DNA from: Isurus oxyrinchus
Lineage: Eukaryota
Direction: 5' to 3'
DNA length: 64,000 nt
Assembly (NCBI GenBank): GCA_026770705.1
Contig: JANJGN010000052.1
Location: 3,658,001 to 3,722,000, forward strand
Shown: positions 24,050 through 36,939 of the stretch, one piece after another
Layout: each line of letters opens with the position of its first letter
Position numbering within the stretch: the stretch's first letter is position 1
Notes under the pieces: model-generated
The model's input: the letters and a program-made list of their open reading frames with translations, nothing else
Databases searched by the model: none
Told to the model about the DNA's origin: nothing
Program-made: the position numbers and the translations under genes

Positions 24050-25740
24050 GGGATAGTTTCTGAGACTGGGACAGACATAAATCCATTGGCTTTCGGCCGG
24101 ACCGGACAATCCTGGCAGTGGGTGGGGCCAGCAAATCCCACCCCTTGGGACATTTTCAGTTTATTTGATGTGCCCAGAGAGATCAATAAAGACCTCAATC
24201 CACAATTTATTGGCAAGCCACGTCAGGATATGTGTGAGAGGTGGAGTATCGATCACCGCTCCTCGTCTCACCGTGCACATCATCGCCATTTCCTGGTTTG
24301 TCAGTCACCACATGTCTATGTTCCTGATGGGATAGCGGATGGTCATTCTTATTGCTTGAAGGTTCCCCGTTGTGCAGGGTTAGTTTGGATCAGCGCACAG
24401 CTCTTTGTAGCGGCATCAGCCTTTGCTCTAGTGCCCTGCCGCTGTCAATGGCCCTTTCTGCCACAAGCCTTGCAGGATTGGTGGAAAGCTGGGCATTTCC
24501 TTGGTGCTTGCAGAAGGCCACACCTTCCACACATCTCACTAGGTCTGGATGTTCTAGTGAGTGTGTCAACAATTGATGTTGTACTGAGGACCTGTAAGCT
24601 TTGTTGACCTGTGAGGATCACTTCGTATTTATGTCCATCCTTGAGTAGCTCTTCAATGCTGTAGGTTTTGGTCTTATCTAGCAGATCTTTCTGGAAGGCT
24701 TCCATGGGAGTGGATGCGATCACCAACTCAACAACTGTGTCTGCAGGCTCTGTGTTTGAAATCACAGTGCGTACCCTTTTCTCTACATCGGCTGATGAAG
24801 TGGTCTATGGATTGTGTAGGCTGATGAAATGACATAAACTCTAGTTGATGAATATGAAGTTTAACCTGATTCTGAACCTGTCTTCCAATGTCGTCCATAT
24901 CTATTGGGGATCCTTTCGCTCTTCTGCTGTTAATCCTGACGTGTTCAGCCTGTGTAGACCTTCATTCCCAATCGCGAGGTGAATTCTTATGGCTTGCTCG
25001 TCTGGTTCAGTCACACCTGAATCAGGAAACCAGAGCTCTGTACGCTGTTTAAACATTCTGAATTCAGATAGTCGGTCAGCTACATCCCAGTTCAAACTGG
25101 GGAATTTCGTGGACATTCTGACAATATTCCTTTGACCTTCCTTCTCCTACAGGATCTGGGATGAGTGTCGCTTTAGCCCCTTTCGTGCGCTTTTCCGAAG
25201 CTCCGCCCACGGAGACGGGTTGTGGCAGGAACACACCACAGAGTAAAGGAGTCTTTGTTTTTTATTCAATTTGCTGTTCAGCAATCTCGAAGCCGCCCGT
25301 TATAATCACTAACTTCTCTGGGCTGATTTTATAATGGTTTTTGGGTGTTTGACTCTCCCTCGCTCACTATCGATCCAGCCCACACTCTGGTCACTCGCCT
25401 TCCCTGACTGAGCTAACCCGCTGCTGGTCCTGGCGATACACACTGTCGCACTCACTGACCTACAGGCCGTGTGCTGTAATCTCACCACGAGGGATCCGTC
25501 TGCTCCCCAGCTCTTTACTTGAGCTCTTTCCCGTCACTGTGTCTTCAAAGGTTTCCTGAGCAGTCAGTACACTGCGATTTCAACCCTCTCTGATGCTGTG
25601 TCTCTGTTCTGGTCTGACCAAAGCGTCGAGGGTCGTCTCATGTCATGTAGCTCGATCTAAGGCTGTTCACCACATCATACCTGTACTGAATCTTGCTGCC
25701 AGAATGTTTGGCCACCGCTGATCACCATGTTGTGTTTTTA
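24050..25740 (-). mobile_element. Degenerate Gypsy-type LTR retrotransposon (gag region)
   Basis: gag-like ORFs 24901-25116 and 24445-24765 with zinc knuckle CGRCG...CPA...CKACGRKGH; LTR-end/PBS-like ACA|TGGTGATCAG on the minus strand at ~25718-25730. Confidence 0.8.
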
Positions 25741-27230
25741 TAATGATATAAAGGCACCAGCCACTGATACGGAATTGGGTAAATGCATTGTGGGTTCATT
25801 TATTTAGAACAGGGACATGAGAACAAGGATAGAAAGCTGGGAGACACCTGCGGCCAAACTGTGTGAGCTGTGTTCTGCTCACAGGCCAAAGTGAAACTTG
25901 GACTGGATGGTGTTATCATCCCAGCTGATGTTACTACTGGGCAAGTCAGATCCCAGGGTGGAGCTCAGCTTGATAGGTCCTAACTTTTATTTTTTATTTA
26001 GGAATGTGGAGTGCGGCTACTGAACAGAGTCACAGGAATCATCTGATGACCTTCTAACAAAAGAATAAAACATTTATTAAATTAGGAAAGACAAACTATA
26101 TTACATTACTCCTTCACCCAGACCTATACATTTACAGATTCATAAGTAGAATACAAGTTACAATAACTATCTTATACTCTCATGTTCACACTAAGTACAC
26201 AGTTCATGCAAACCAATAGACGACCTGGTGTCAGGGACACCACATTCTGTAACCAAGTGATAGACCCCAATTGGAACAAATGCTATGGGTTTCAGCTCAA
26301 CTGACTCCAGACACTTGTTTCACCATGAGGCAACTGGTCTTACAAAACTGTATCTTTCACATGAGAGTTTCCAATCTCTACTCGTCAAGTGCTCTCTTTG
26401 GAATCTTCTCCAACATGACACTTTCACTCAGAGACCTTCCACAAGGGTCCACTTCCATGATTTCAAACTCTCCTTCCCATGTTCGTGTCCCCTGGATCGC
26501 CACATGCATTCAGCCTTCCTTCTACGCGTTGTCTCTCCAATGCTCAGTCATGCCAATGGAACACCATGGCTTCACATGGCCGTAGTAAGAGACATCAACA
26601 TTTGGCTGTCTCCTATGATCTTCTGGCTTCTAATCAGCCTTTTTTGCTTTAGGTCTGTGTCCTTTTGCTTTTTCTCTTTTAGCTTGGATCCCTCCTCTGC
26701 TCCTCAATCTTATCTCGACTTAACAGGACCTTTTTCAGATTCCTGATCTTCTTTGGAGTAGAAGGTCTTCTTGGCTCTTTCTCCTGTTCCACTCGATAGT
26801 TTTGGCTTCTTCTTTACTTTGGGACTGACTATCTGTCCCGCTCCTTTGCTGCTTCTCCTGGCAACTCCTTTCAACCAAACTGAAAGCACATTTCTGTTTT
26901 TCTCTGTCTCTATGAGTCCGTCCCTATGGATCACTGTTGCTTAGCAATAGCACAGTTTCTTACACCTTGTGTTTGTTTTGACTTTCCTTCAAGAGACATC
27001 AAACCCCATTAGATTGCTAAATGAAAATGAAACCAAAACTGAAGTTTCCCCCTTTCTTAACACACAAATACAGAAATCAAACTAAACTTGAACTTAAAGA
27101 TAGACCTTAAACCCTAACACACACAAATACACATAGAACTTACTTAAGCTATCCCCAGTTCTAAAATCACATGACACACTTCCCCTCGAGTGATGTCATG
27201 CTGCTGTCCCTGAAAGGCATATTACAATAG

Positions 27231-28156
27231 TGTTATCACTTGGCAGGTGATGTGTGCCAGGCAGACCAAGTCCATGAGAGAAAGGTGGTCACACTATCAT
27301 AATGATTTTGCAATTTGTATTTATTATGAGATGTGTGCACTGAATTCAGAAGCAATAATTACACCAAGACCTTTAGAGATTTGAAAATTAAATTAAAATT
27401 CTTGCTCTCAAAATAAAAGATTTCAAGCACATACATAACTCTACAATTACCACTATAATAATTCTTAAAATTCCAAATTAACCTGACTCCCAGTTACACT
27501 CCCTTTAAGGCAACAGACTAAAAATAGAGTTTATATTTAAAACAAACTCAGCAAGTTAACACAATATAAAAGCAATACCCTGCACAGAGGAATTCCAAGT
27601 GGCTTTTCCCCAACTTCAGTTCTGTTGGATAGCAGGCTTGTGCACAAATGCTTGAGGTTTCATTAAGACTATATCACACACTCGTGTTAGATCTTACATG
27701 GCATTCTGACACATAGCCTTTCATTCTCCCTGATAGATATATATTTCTCTCTTTGTAACATGAAAATTCTATTTTTCCAAATGTTTTTGAAACTGTCTCT
27801 TCCTCATAACAAATTCTTTCGTGGTGCCCATATTGCCAGGAGTCTTTGAGAAAAATAAACACATTCCTTAGTCTTGCTTATCTGGCTAGTTGTAAACAAG
27901 CTAAGATTCCTTTGAAATCCAACAACCCCTTCATTGAAATAAAAATGCAAATTCTCTTCATACCTTCCATGCTAAGCAGCATCCATGTTTCCTCAATAGC
28001 ATGTCAAGCACCTAGCTCCTTTTGATCATTTTAAACTTCCAATCTTATTAACTCCAAATGTACTTAAATCACATGCAGACCCATCATGCGTACCCCCATA
28101 AACCTACTTCACAATATACTATAAAATATTATGAAAATTATTATACTTACATCACA
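27231..28156. mobile_element. Solo LTR-like element, 926 bp, with 4-bp TSD
   Basis: TGTTAT...ATCACA termini; ATAG at 27227-27230 and 28157-28160; related copy inverted at 43054-44015. Confidence 0.8.
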
Positions 28157-28559
28157 ATAGGAACCACTGCCTTAGACACTGAGGATCTAGGACAGCTAGG
28201 CCAATTCATGATTCATGATGGTGATAATGGGGGAATTCTGAAGGCTCTAAATCCATTGTCCTACATTGTAAATCAGCAGTGAACTCACTTCAATCAGTGC
28301 GTCTTGTAGACACTGTGTTGGGTGGCAGACTGACTTCACTAAATAGGTTCCTGAGGGCCATGAGCCAATGTAGAATGAACTTGTCCACTCCTGTGTCCAG
28401 AATTCTCTTCGATCTGTGGTAAAACCTTGGGGCATTCATTGTGTGACCTGTGGATTATCCAGACTGCAGCCACTGTGCCCCAGTGATGGAGGGGGTGGAT
28501 ATTGAGTATAGTGGATTGAGAAAACATTCAGAGTTAAATATTGATATTTCTCTCCGTAG

Positions 28560-28934
28560 TTGGACTATCACAAGTGTGGAAAGTCAACACTCCACGAGAG
28601 GTGACAGCGCAGGAAGGTTCGTGTGTACAGATTCCATGTAATTACAGTTATCCATCATATTTAGTAGCGAGATCACCAGTCGGAATCTGGTATATGAGAA
28701 GGAATTGGGAAACATGGAATGAACGGTCTATAGCCTTTCACTCCAAGAATCACAATGGCAAGTTAACACGGTTCCACGATCGGACCCGGCTGTCTGGAGA
28801 CCTGAAAGATGGCGACTGTTCCCTGATTATAAACAGCATCAGACGGGAAGATGCAGGACCTTATTATTTCAGAATAGAATTTGACAATGGTCCGAGCCAT
28901 AACTATTACCCTGTAACCCAGCTTCACGTTTCTG
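28560..28934 (+). CDS. Gene E V-set domain 1 (Siglec type)
   Basis: 375 bp, phase 1/1; EGSCVQIPC, GDCSL, GPYYFRIE (essential Arg). Confidence 0.93.
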
Positions 28935-29189
28935 GTAAGTGCTGTGTTATAATTACTCAACAATTCACATCCAACACTCAATGGGAAATAATAGTGTTTA
29001 ATTTGCTTGTTTTTTGGCCGTGTTAACCAGCGTCACTATTTTTAATGATTTGTCTATTTCTGCTCCCAGATCCATGAGCTTATTGTGTGTGATTGAATCC
29101 ACATCATAGCTGTAACGTAAACCGAGCTGAGGGGTGATGACACCTCCCCCCTGAGTGAAGAGTCTCCTCCCCACTACACCTTCCACCCC

Positions 29190-30380
29190 TCACACTGTCC
29201 GTGTAAACCCCCGTCCCATCTCCAGCCTCTCTTTCCCCTCCAAAGTCCTTGAACGTGTTTCCATCTCCCAAATCCTTTCCCATCTTTCCCGGAACTCCAT
29301 GTTTGAATCCCTCCAATCAGGTTCCCACCCCAGCCACTGTGCTGAAACAGCTCTTATCAAGGTCACAAATGGCATCCTGTGTGACTGTGACAAAGGTCAA
29401 CTTTCCCTCCTCGTCCTTCTCGATCTGTCTGCAGCCTTTGACACGCTCGACCACACCATCCTCCTCCAACACCTGTCCACTGTCGTCCAGCTGGGTGGGA
29501 CTGCTCTCCCCTGGCTCCATTCTTATCCATCTCATCGTAGCCAGAGACTCACTTGCAATGGCTTTGCAGCATCATCTGAACAGTGTTAGTTTTCACCTGT
29601 CCACTGAGGATCCCCAGCTCTACCTCACCACCACCTCTCTCGACTCCTCCACTGCTGCTAAATTATCAGGCTGCTTATCCGACATCCAGTACTGGATGGG
29701 CAGAAATTCCCTCCAATTAAATATTGGAAAGACTGAAGCCATTGCCTTCATTCCCCACTCCAAACTCTGTTCCCTCGCTACCAACTCCATTCCTCTCCCT
29801 GGCAGCTCTCTGAGATTGAAGCCAATCTGTTCACAGCTTTGTTGTCCCATTTGATCCTGAGATGAGCTTCCGGCCTCATATCTGCGCCCTCACTAACACC
29901 GTCTATTTCCACCTCCGTAACATCGCACGACTTCAACCTGTCTCAGCTCATCTGCTGCTGAAACCCTCATCCACGCCTTCATTACCTCCAGACTCGACTG
30001 TTCCAACACACACTCTACACTCCATAAACTTGAGGCCATCCAAAACTGCTGACCACGTCCTTACTCAAACCAAGTCCCATTCCCTTATCAGCCGCTCTGC
30101 TCGATGACCGAGACTGGCTCCTGGTCAAGCAAAGTCTCAATGTCACAATTTTTGAATATTTTTCCTCCCCATTACAGTAATCCTCACCTCTTGCTTCAGC
30201 CATGGCAACCCTCCCTATCTCTGTAACATCCTCCAGCCCCTACAACCCTCCCTATCTCTGTAACCTCCTCCAGCCCCTACAATCCTCTGAGATCTCTGCA
30301 CTCCTCTGATTCCGGTCTCTTGAGCTACCCCCGATTCCCATCGTTGTGCCATTGGAAGCCATGCCTTCTGCTGCCTGGGG
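29190..30380 (+). mobile_element. L2-type LINE fragment (paralog of 12385-14225)
   Basis: Near-identical RT ORF fragments. Confidence 0.85.
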
Positions 30381-30519
30381 CCCCGAGCTCTGGAATTTTA
30401 TCTCTACACCTCTCCCCACCTCTCCCTCTCTCTCAATCTCTCTCTCACTCTCTCTCTCTCACTCTCTCCCTCTCTCTCTCTCGCTATCCCTTTTATCCCT
30501 ATTTTAATATTCTTCATAA

Positions 30520-31240
30520 CACAACAACATAAGAACATTAGAAATAGGAACAGGAGCAGGCCATTCGGCCCCTCGAGCCTGCTCTCGCTGATCTGGTTGT
30601 GGCCTTAACTCCATTTTCCTGCCTGTCCCCCAAACCCTTGACTCCCTTGTCAATCAAAAACCTGCCTCACTCAGCCTTGAGTCTATTCAATGGCCCAGCC
30701 TCCACTGCTCTCTGGGGAAGAGAATTCCTCAGGCTAGCGCCCCTCTGAGAAAGGAAATTCCTCCTCATCTCAGTCTTAAATGGGGGAGCCCTCATTCCGA
30801 AACTGTGCTCCCTGGTTCTAGATTCCCCCACGAGGGGGAAACATCCTCCCAGCATCCACCCTGTCAAGCCCCCTCGGAATCGGATATGTTTCAATAAGCT
30901 CACCCCTCATTCTTCTAAACTCCAATGGATACAGGCCCAACCTGCTCAACATTTCCTCACAGGACAAACCCTTTAATCCCAGGAATCAGCCCAGTGAAGC
31001 TTCTCTGAACTGCCTGTACACAATGATCCTGTTACAATCTCACTAACACCCTGTGCAGTTGTTGCAAGACTTCCCTCCTTTTATACTCCATCCCTTTGCA
31101 ATAAAGGCCAACATTCCACTTGCCTTCCTCATTCCATGGTTTTCCTGAATGCTGACTTTCTGTGATTCATGTACAAGGACACCCAGATCCCTCTGTACTG
31201 CATTCTGCAGCCTGTCTCCAGTTAAATAATATTCTGTTTT
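30520..31240 (-). mobile_element. CR1 3' fragment (paralog of 14770-15480)
   Basis: Near-identical sequence at the same intron position. Confidence 0.85.
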
Positions 31241-31378
31241 TCTATTCTTCCTGCCAAAATAATTTGTTGCCACTCTCCTCAGTATTGACCATCCTCCAAA
31301 TTCAGCCTCATCTGTAAATATCGGGTTCAGTGGATCCACAAACCATTCAGAGATAAATATTGAGATTTCTCTCCCCAG

Positions 31379-31747
31379 TTGGACTGTCACAAGAGTGGAA
31401 AGGTGACACTCCACGAGAGTTGACAGCTCAGGAAGGTTCGTGTGTACAGATTCCATGTCATTACAGTTATCCATCGTGTCTGGAAAACCAACCGCGAGGT
31501 GGAGTCTGGTTTAATAATGAGGAACAGATTCCCTGGGCTCCCATAGCCTTTCACTCCAAGGATCACAGTCACGAGTTACCACGGTTCCGCCATCGGACCC
31601 GGCTGTCTGGAGACCTGAAAGATGGCGACTGTTCCCTGATTATAAACAGCATCAGACGGGAAGATGCAGGACCTTATTTTTTCAGAATAGAATTTGACAA
31701 TGGTCCGGGCCATAACTATTACCCTGTAACCCAGCTTCACGTTTCTG
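31379..31747 (+). CDS. Gene E V-set domain 2 (Siglec type), intact
   Basis: 369 bp, phase 1/1; all Siglec V motifs including YFFRIE; extra Cys in PSCLEN. Confidence 0.93.
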
Positions 31748-32560
31748 GTAAGTGCTGTGTTATAATTACTCAACAATTCACATTCAACACTCAATGGGAA
31801 ATAACACAAACTGTGATGTTTACATATTAACACAAAACACAGCTTATTATAACACAATGTCTGATTCTCAATAACCTGGTGATAGCTTCCAGTTCATTCC
31901 TAAAGCAACCTCTAATACTCACTTTAATATCAATGATTAAATGTATTGACTGTGTCCATCAATGTTTTTGGGATATCCACTCCCACTGATCTCCCTAACC
32001 CTGTTTGACAGTCTTACATATCGACAAAAGAATGATTCACATTTCTTTAGCACCTTTCACCACCTCTGTAGGTCGCAAATGGATTCACAACCAATGAAAT
32101 AATTCTTGAAATGTAGCCCTTGTTGTAATTTGGGAAACACAGTAGCCAATTTATTCACAGGAATCTCCCAGAAACAGCAATGTGATCAATAACCTGATCG
32201 TCTGCTTTAGATGCCGGTTCAGTGATTGGTTCAAATGGATTCTCTCCTGCTGGGAACTGGATAGAATTTAAATCTGGCAGATTTCGGAGAAAGTAACAAG
32301 CCAGTGTGTCAGGAACTGTGAGCTGCTCCCCCACCCTCACCTGGGATTGTCAATTCAATTGTCTCAAAGTGGAAGTGAATTCATCTGAGAGACAGAAACT
32401 CCACTAAGTCTGAAAATAGGAAATTCTCTCCTGATCATTGTAATCTCTCAGTTCTGATATCATCCTTGTAAAAGTGCTTTCTCTTGTGGGACTGTGGTTT
32501 CTATTTGAACTGATGCTTCACGTTATATTTCTCTAAAAGGATCCATTCTCTGTCTGTTAG

Positions 32561-32857
32561 ATTTCACAGATAAACCCACGATATTCCCTGCTGAAATTAT
32601 TGCAGGAAAGCCTGTGGATGTAAGCTGCACCTTCAACACAACGTGCAATGGAACAGCAGCACCTGTCTTAACCTGGGACACTCCCACTGACGTACCTGGA
32701 TCAGTCTCAAACACTGTAACTCAGCATGATGTCACTCTGACCTATACTTCTGTTCTGACCCTGATCCCATCACTCAAACACCACGGACACACTCTCAGCT
32801 GCAGAGTGAGATATCCATCTGTTTCATCGGAGCGGACCCTCGTACTAACTGTGCAAG
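32561..32857 (+). CDS. Gene E Siglec domain-2 C2-set exon DFTDKPTIFPAEIIAGKPVDVSCTFNTTCNGTAAPVLTW...LSCRV...LTVQ
   Basis: 297 bp, phase 1/1; extra Cys six residues after the B-strand Cys, as in Siglec D2 (interdomain disulfide partner). Confidence 0.92.
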
Positions 32858-33049
32858 GTAAATATGAACACCCTTCATTCTATACTAGCTGTAATAGGAT
32901 ACATTGTGCAGAGCAAGATCCCACAAACTTCACTGGGTTGAAGACAAAACTGGTCCTTTTTTAATGAGTGATATTGAGCAGGGAGAGCTCTTCCTTGTAT
33001 TGACCCTTGGGATTGTTAATCCCAACCTGATAGGGCAGAGGGGGCCCAG

Positions 33050-33121
33050 GTTGTGACTATCAGTGTGTGGCAGAGAATGAACATGGAGCAGTGGAGGGGT
33101 TCATAACCATCACAGTGGAAT
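33050..33121 (+). pseudogene. Remnant (last ~22 codons) of the DAPQN-type Ig exon in gene E
   Basis: DYQCVAENEHGAVEGFITITVE with T|GTGAGT donor; 5' part deleted; a cryptic CAG at 33047-33049 would be in frame. Confidence 0.75.
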
Positions 33122-33439
33122 GTGAGTGTGGAGATACATTTGTTTGTTTGTTGTCTCCGTGGTCTCCGTGGAGCCATTGGGATCGTGTTGTTTTTAATCC
33201 AGTTTTCTTCAATCCTCGCTCAGTCCACGTTATCCACACACCCAATTTTTCCTCTCCCTTTCTGTTTTTGCTCTCAGTTTCTCCTTCAATGGTTGTCAGG
33301 ACAAGGCTGTCAGGTCTTCGTTTCCAATCTCCGTACTTGACGACCTTTCTCTCTCTAACTGTCCTGAACAACCCTTTTAATTGCTGAACATCTCCTCTTG
33401 ATCTAAGTCACTCATTGGTCTTTCTGTCCATCCAGCTGA

Positions 33440-34660
33440 TTCTGAGCATCTGGCAGCATCTGTGGAGAGAAAGACAGGGTTAGTGTTTGGAGTCTGTAAG
33501 ACTCCTCTTCAGAGCTAAAGGGAAGTAGACATGTGGTGAAATATATCCTGTCTAAGGGGGGGCGATGGGACAGGTGGAGCTGGATAGAAAACCAGCGATA
33601 GGTGGAGGCAATGGAGAGATTGTGGAAGATGTCATAAACAAAAGGTCAAAGGGTTGTTAACAGTGGTGGTATTGGATAAAGGAGGTGCTAATGGTGACAT
33701 TAAGCAGAGTGTGATAATGGGCGGACCAGGGTAAGCACTCTGGAAAGAGACAGATGGCCTTCGTGAGGGTGTGGCAGGGGGAGGGGACGGTGGAGGGAAT
33801 AAAGATCGAAAATAGACTAAAATCTGTGGATAAAACAATCAATAAAAATGGAAATGAATTTCAAATAATAATAATAAAAATAAGTGGAAAAAAATTAACA
33901 AGTAAAACAATTAAAATGTATATATTAAAAAATCGGGTCAAAAAGCAGTGAAGATCGAGGAGAGAGTTCATGATCTGAAATTGTTGAACTCAATATTCAG
34001 TCCGGAAGGCTGTAAAGTGCCAGGTCGGAAGATGAGGTGCTGTTCCTCCAGTTTGCGTTGGGCTTCACTGGAACAATGCAGCAGGCCAAGGACGGACATG
34101 TGGGCATGAGAGCAGGGTGGGGTGTTAAAATGGCAAGCGACAGGGAGGTCTGGGTCGTTCTTGCAGACAGACTGAAGGTGTTCTGAAAAGTGGTCACCCA
34201 GTCTGTGTTTGGTGTCTCCAATGTAGAGGAGACCACACTGGGAGCAGTGAATGCAGTAGATTATATTGAAGGAAGTCTGCATGAAGCGCTGCTTCACCTG
34301 GAAGGAGTGTTTGGGTCATTGGACAGTGAGGGGGGAGGAAGTAAAGGGGCAGGTGTTGCACCTTCTGCAAATGCATGGGAAGATGTCATCGGAGAGGGTT
34401 GAGGTGCTAGGGGTGATGGAGGAGTGGACCAGGGTGACCTCGAGGGAATGATCCCTATGGAATGCCAACATGGGGGGGGTGGGGGGGGTGCGGATGTGGT
34501 GAAGGGAAGATGTGTTTGGTGGTGGCATCATGCTGGAGTTGGCGGAAATGGCGGAGAATGATCCTTTGAATGAGGAGGCTGGTGGGGTGAAAAGTGAAGA
34601 CAGGAGGGACCCTTACATTGCTCTGGGAGGGAGAGGAATTTGCAAGGGGGGATGCGCGGG
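33440..34660 (-). mobile_element. Penelope-like retroelement fragment (GIY-YIG endonuclease)
   Basis: ORF 33968-34297 'NIIYCIHCSQCGLLYIGDTKHRLGDHFSEH...PVACHFN...EQHLIF...GLN'. Confidence 0.88.
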
Positions 34661-34992
34661 AGATACACAATCTCCAACTCTTTCTCAACCATTAAGATGC
34701 TCCTTAAAACCATTAAGACACACCGTTAAAACCTCCTGCTTTCAGCGAGCTTTTGCTCACCTCTCCTAATATCTCCTAATGTGACTCGGGGTCAGATTTT
34801 GTCCGAAGGAGGTGAGAAATGATGGAGGGAATTCCAGAGGTTAGGGTCCAGGCAGCTTAAGGCACGGCCGCCAGTGGTGGAGAGATGGGAATGGGAGAAT
34901 GTGCAAGGGGTCAGAATTGGAGGAGCACAGAGATTTCGGAGAGCTGTGGGGTGTGGGGATTATCTGCTGATTGTTCTCTGTCTTTGTTCCAG

Positions 34993-35268
34993 ATCCCCCA
35001 CAGGAGACGATGGTGTCCATCAGCAGATCCTCAGGTGGGATAAGAGAGGGAAGCAATATCACATTAACCTGCTCCAGTGAAAGTGTCCCACCGATATCTC
35101 ATTACACCTGGTTCAGGATCGAGGGGAACACCAGCACCCAGTTAAACACAAGTAGCCGCACTCTCTCCTTCACTCCTGTAACACGGGAGAATGATGCAGG
35201 TTTCTACTGCACAGCGAGGAACCCAGTGGGTAACAGCACCTCCAACATCACCCACCTGAACGTACAAT
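34993..35268 (+). CDS. Gene E Ig exon (D/Y)PPQETMVSI...EGSNITLTCSSESVPPISHYTWF...DAGFYCTARNPVGNSTS...LNVQ
   Basis: 276 bp, AG/GT, phase 1/1; canonical Ig motifs. Confidence 0.92.
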
Positions 35269-35399
35269 GTAAGCATTTTACTCCCCCTGTCTCTGCTTAA
35301 AACTCAAACACTTTCTGTCTGAGGGCAGCTTCCTTGCTGTGGTTTAGCATAACTAGCATCACCACCCTGCTTTTTTCACCCTGCACCTCTCCGAGATAC

Positions 35400-36230
35400 A
35401 TAAGGCGATATCAGAACAGGGACTGAAAGCTCAGAGAAAGAGGCCAGATTTTAAGGAGTGTCTGAAATGAGGAGAGAGATAGACATGGAGAGGTTTACGG
35501 TGGGAATTCTAGAGCTCGGGGCCCAGGCAGCTGAAGGCACGGCCGCCAATGGTGGAGCGATAGGAATCGGGGGATGGTCAAGAGGCCGGAATTGGAGGAA
35601 CGCAGAGACCTCGGAGGGATGTAGATGCTGGAGGAGGTTACAGAGATAGGGAGGGTTGTGGGGTCTGGAGGAGGTTACAGATATAGGGAGGGTTGTGATG
35701 GCTGGAGGAGGTAACAGAGATAGGGAGGGTTATAGGGGCTGGAGGAGGTAACAGAGATAGGGAGGGTTGTGATGGCTGGAGGAGGTAACAGCGATAGGGA
35801 GGGTTATAGGGGCTGGAGGAGGTAACAGAGATAGGGAGGGTTGTAGATGCTGGAGGAGGTAACAGAGATAGGGAGGGTTGTGGGGTCTGGAGGAGGTTAC
35901 AGAGATAGGGATGGTTGAAGGGGCTGGAGGAGGTTACAGAGATAGGGAGGGTTGTAGATGCTGGAGGAGGTAACAGAGATAGGGAGGGAGTAAGGAGGAA
36001 TTTGAAACGATGTAAATTTTAAAATTGTGGCATTGTCGGACCGGGAGCCAGTGTAGCTCAGTGACCAACAGGGAGTGATGTGTGAACGGGACTCGGTGTG
36101 AGTTAGGACATGGGGACAGCAGAGTTTGGGATGAACTGATGTTTCCGGAGAGTGGAAGATGGGAGGTCGGGCAGGAGAGTGTTGGGATAGTCGAGTGCGG
36201 AGGTAACAAAGGCAGGAATGAGTGTTTCAG
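35400..36230 (-). mobile_element. L2-type 3' region with 37-bp tandem repeat (GGAGGGTT...GGCTGGAGGAGGTTACAGAGATAG)
   Basis: Inverse of 13150-13960. Confidence 0.75.
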
Positions 36231-36298
36231 TGTTAAGATTCTATCTTACGCTCTAACTTTGCTATGAAGTTGTCTCATTGTTGTCCTTCCCTCCTCAG

Positions 36299-36592
36299 AT
36301 AAGCCGGAGATTTCCCAGCAGTCGGAGTGCACTCGGAGGTCAGAGGGGGTCACCTGCGTCTGTGTGGCCAACTCCAACCCACCCGGAGACCTCACCTGGC
36401 ACCTGCTCAGTGCCAACATCAGTGGTAACCAAACACACGGAGGTTTTGTGTCGTGGCAGGTCAGAGATGGGCATCTGGTGACTGGTTCCCTCACCCTGAT
36501 GAGACCCCAGGATGAGGGGGGAGTGATGGCATCCTGCTCGGTTCAAAACCCACACGGGGAAGCCATGTTCAAGATGTATCTGTGGGTCAAAG
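36299..36592 (+). CDS. Gene E membrane-proximal C2 exon YKPEISQQSECTRRSEGVTCVCVANSNPPGDLTW...ASCSVQNPHG...WVK
   Basis: 294 bp, phase 1/1; C-x8-C-x-C...SNP pattern as in MAG domain 5 and membrane-proximal domains of long CD33-related Siglecs. Confidence 0.92.
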
Positions 36593-36939
36593 GTGAGAGA
36601 CTCGCTCAGGATCGATCTCCACTCAGCTGGATTGATCCCTAAACTCGATAATTCCCTCCCTCAACCTCTCCACCTCTCTCTCTACCTCCTCTAAGATGCT
36701 CTTTACAACTGACCCCTTTGACCAAGCTTTGAATCGCCTGACCTCATGTGACAATGGCAACACTTGGTCAAATTGGAGCCAGGCCGTTCAGGGGGTGATG
36801 TCAGGAAGCACTTCTTCACACAAAGGGGAGTGGAAATCTGGAACCCTCTCCCCCAGATAAGCTGCTTCATTGGGTGCAAGACAGAAAGCTTTGACAAAAT
36901 GTCCTTTCTCAGCAATACTCAGGTTCTCCTCCCAAACGA

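Noticed and set aside
11745-31747. Possibility that the V exons are rearranging Ig/TCR/NAR V segments
   Set aside because: Each is a complete V domain with a G strand and GT donor; no heptamer/nonamer RSS seen; cysteine pattern is Siglec-type (B-E disulfide, no YxC)
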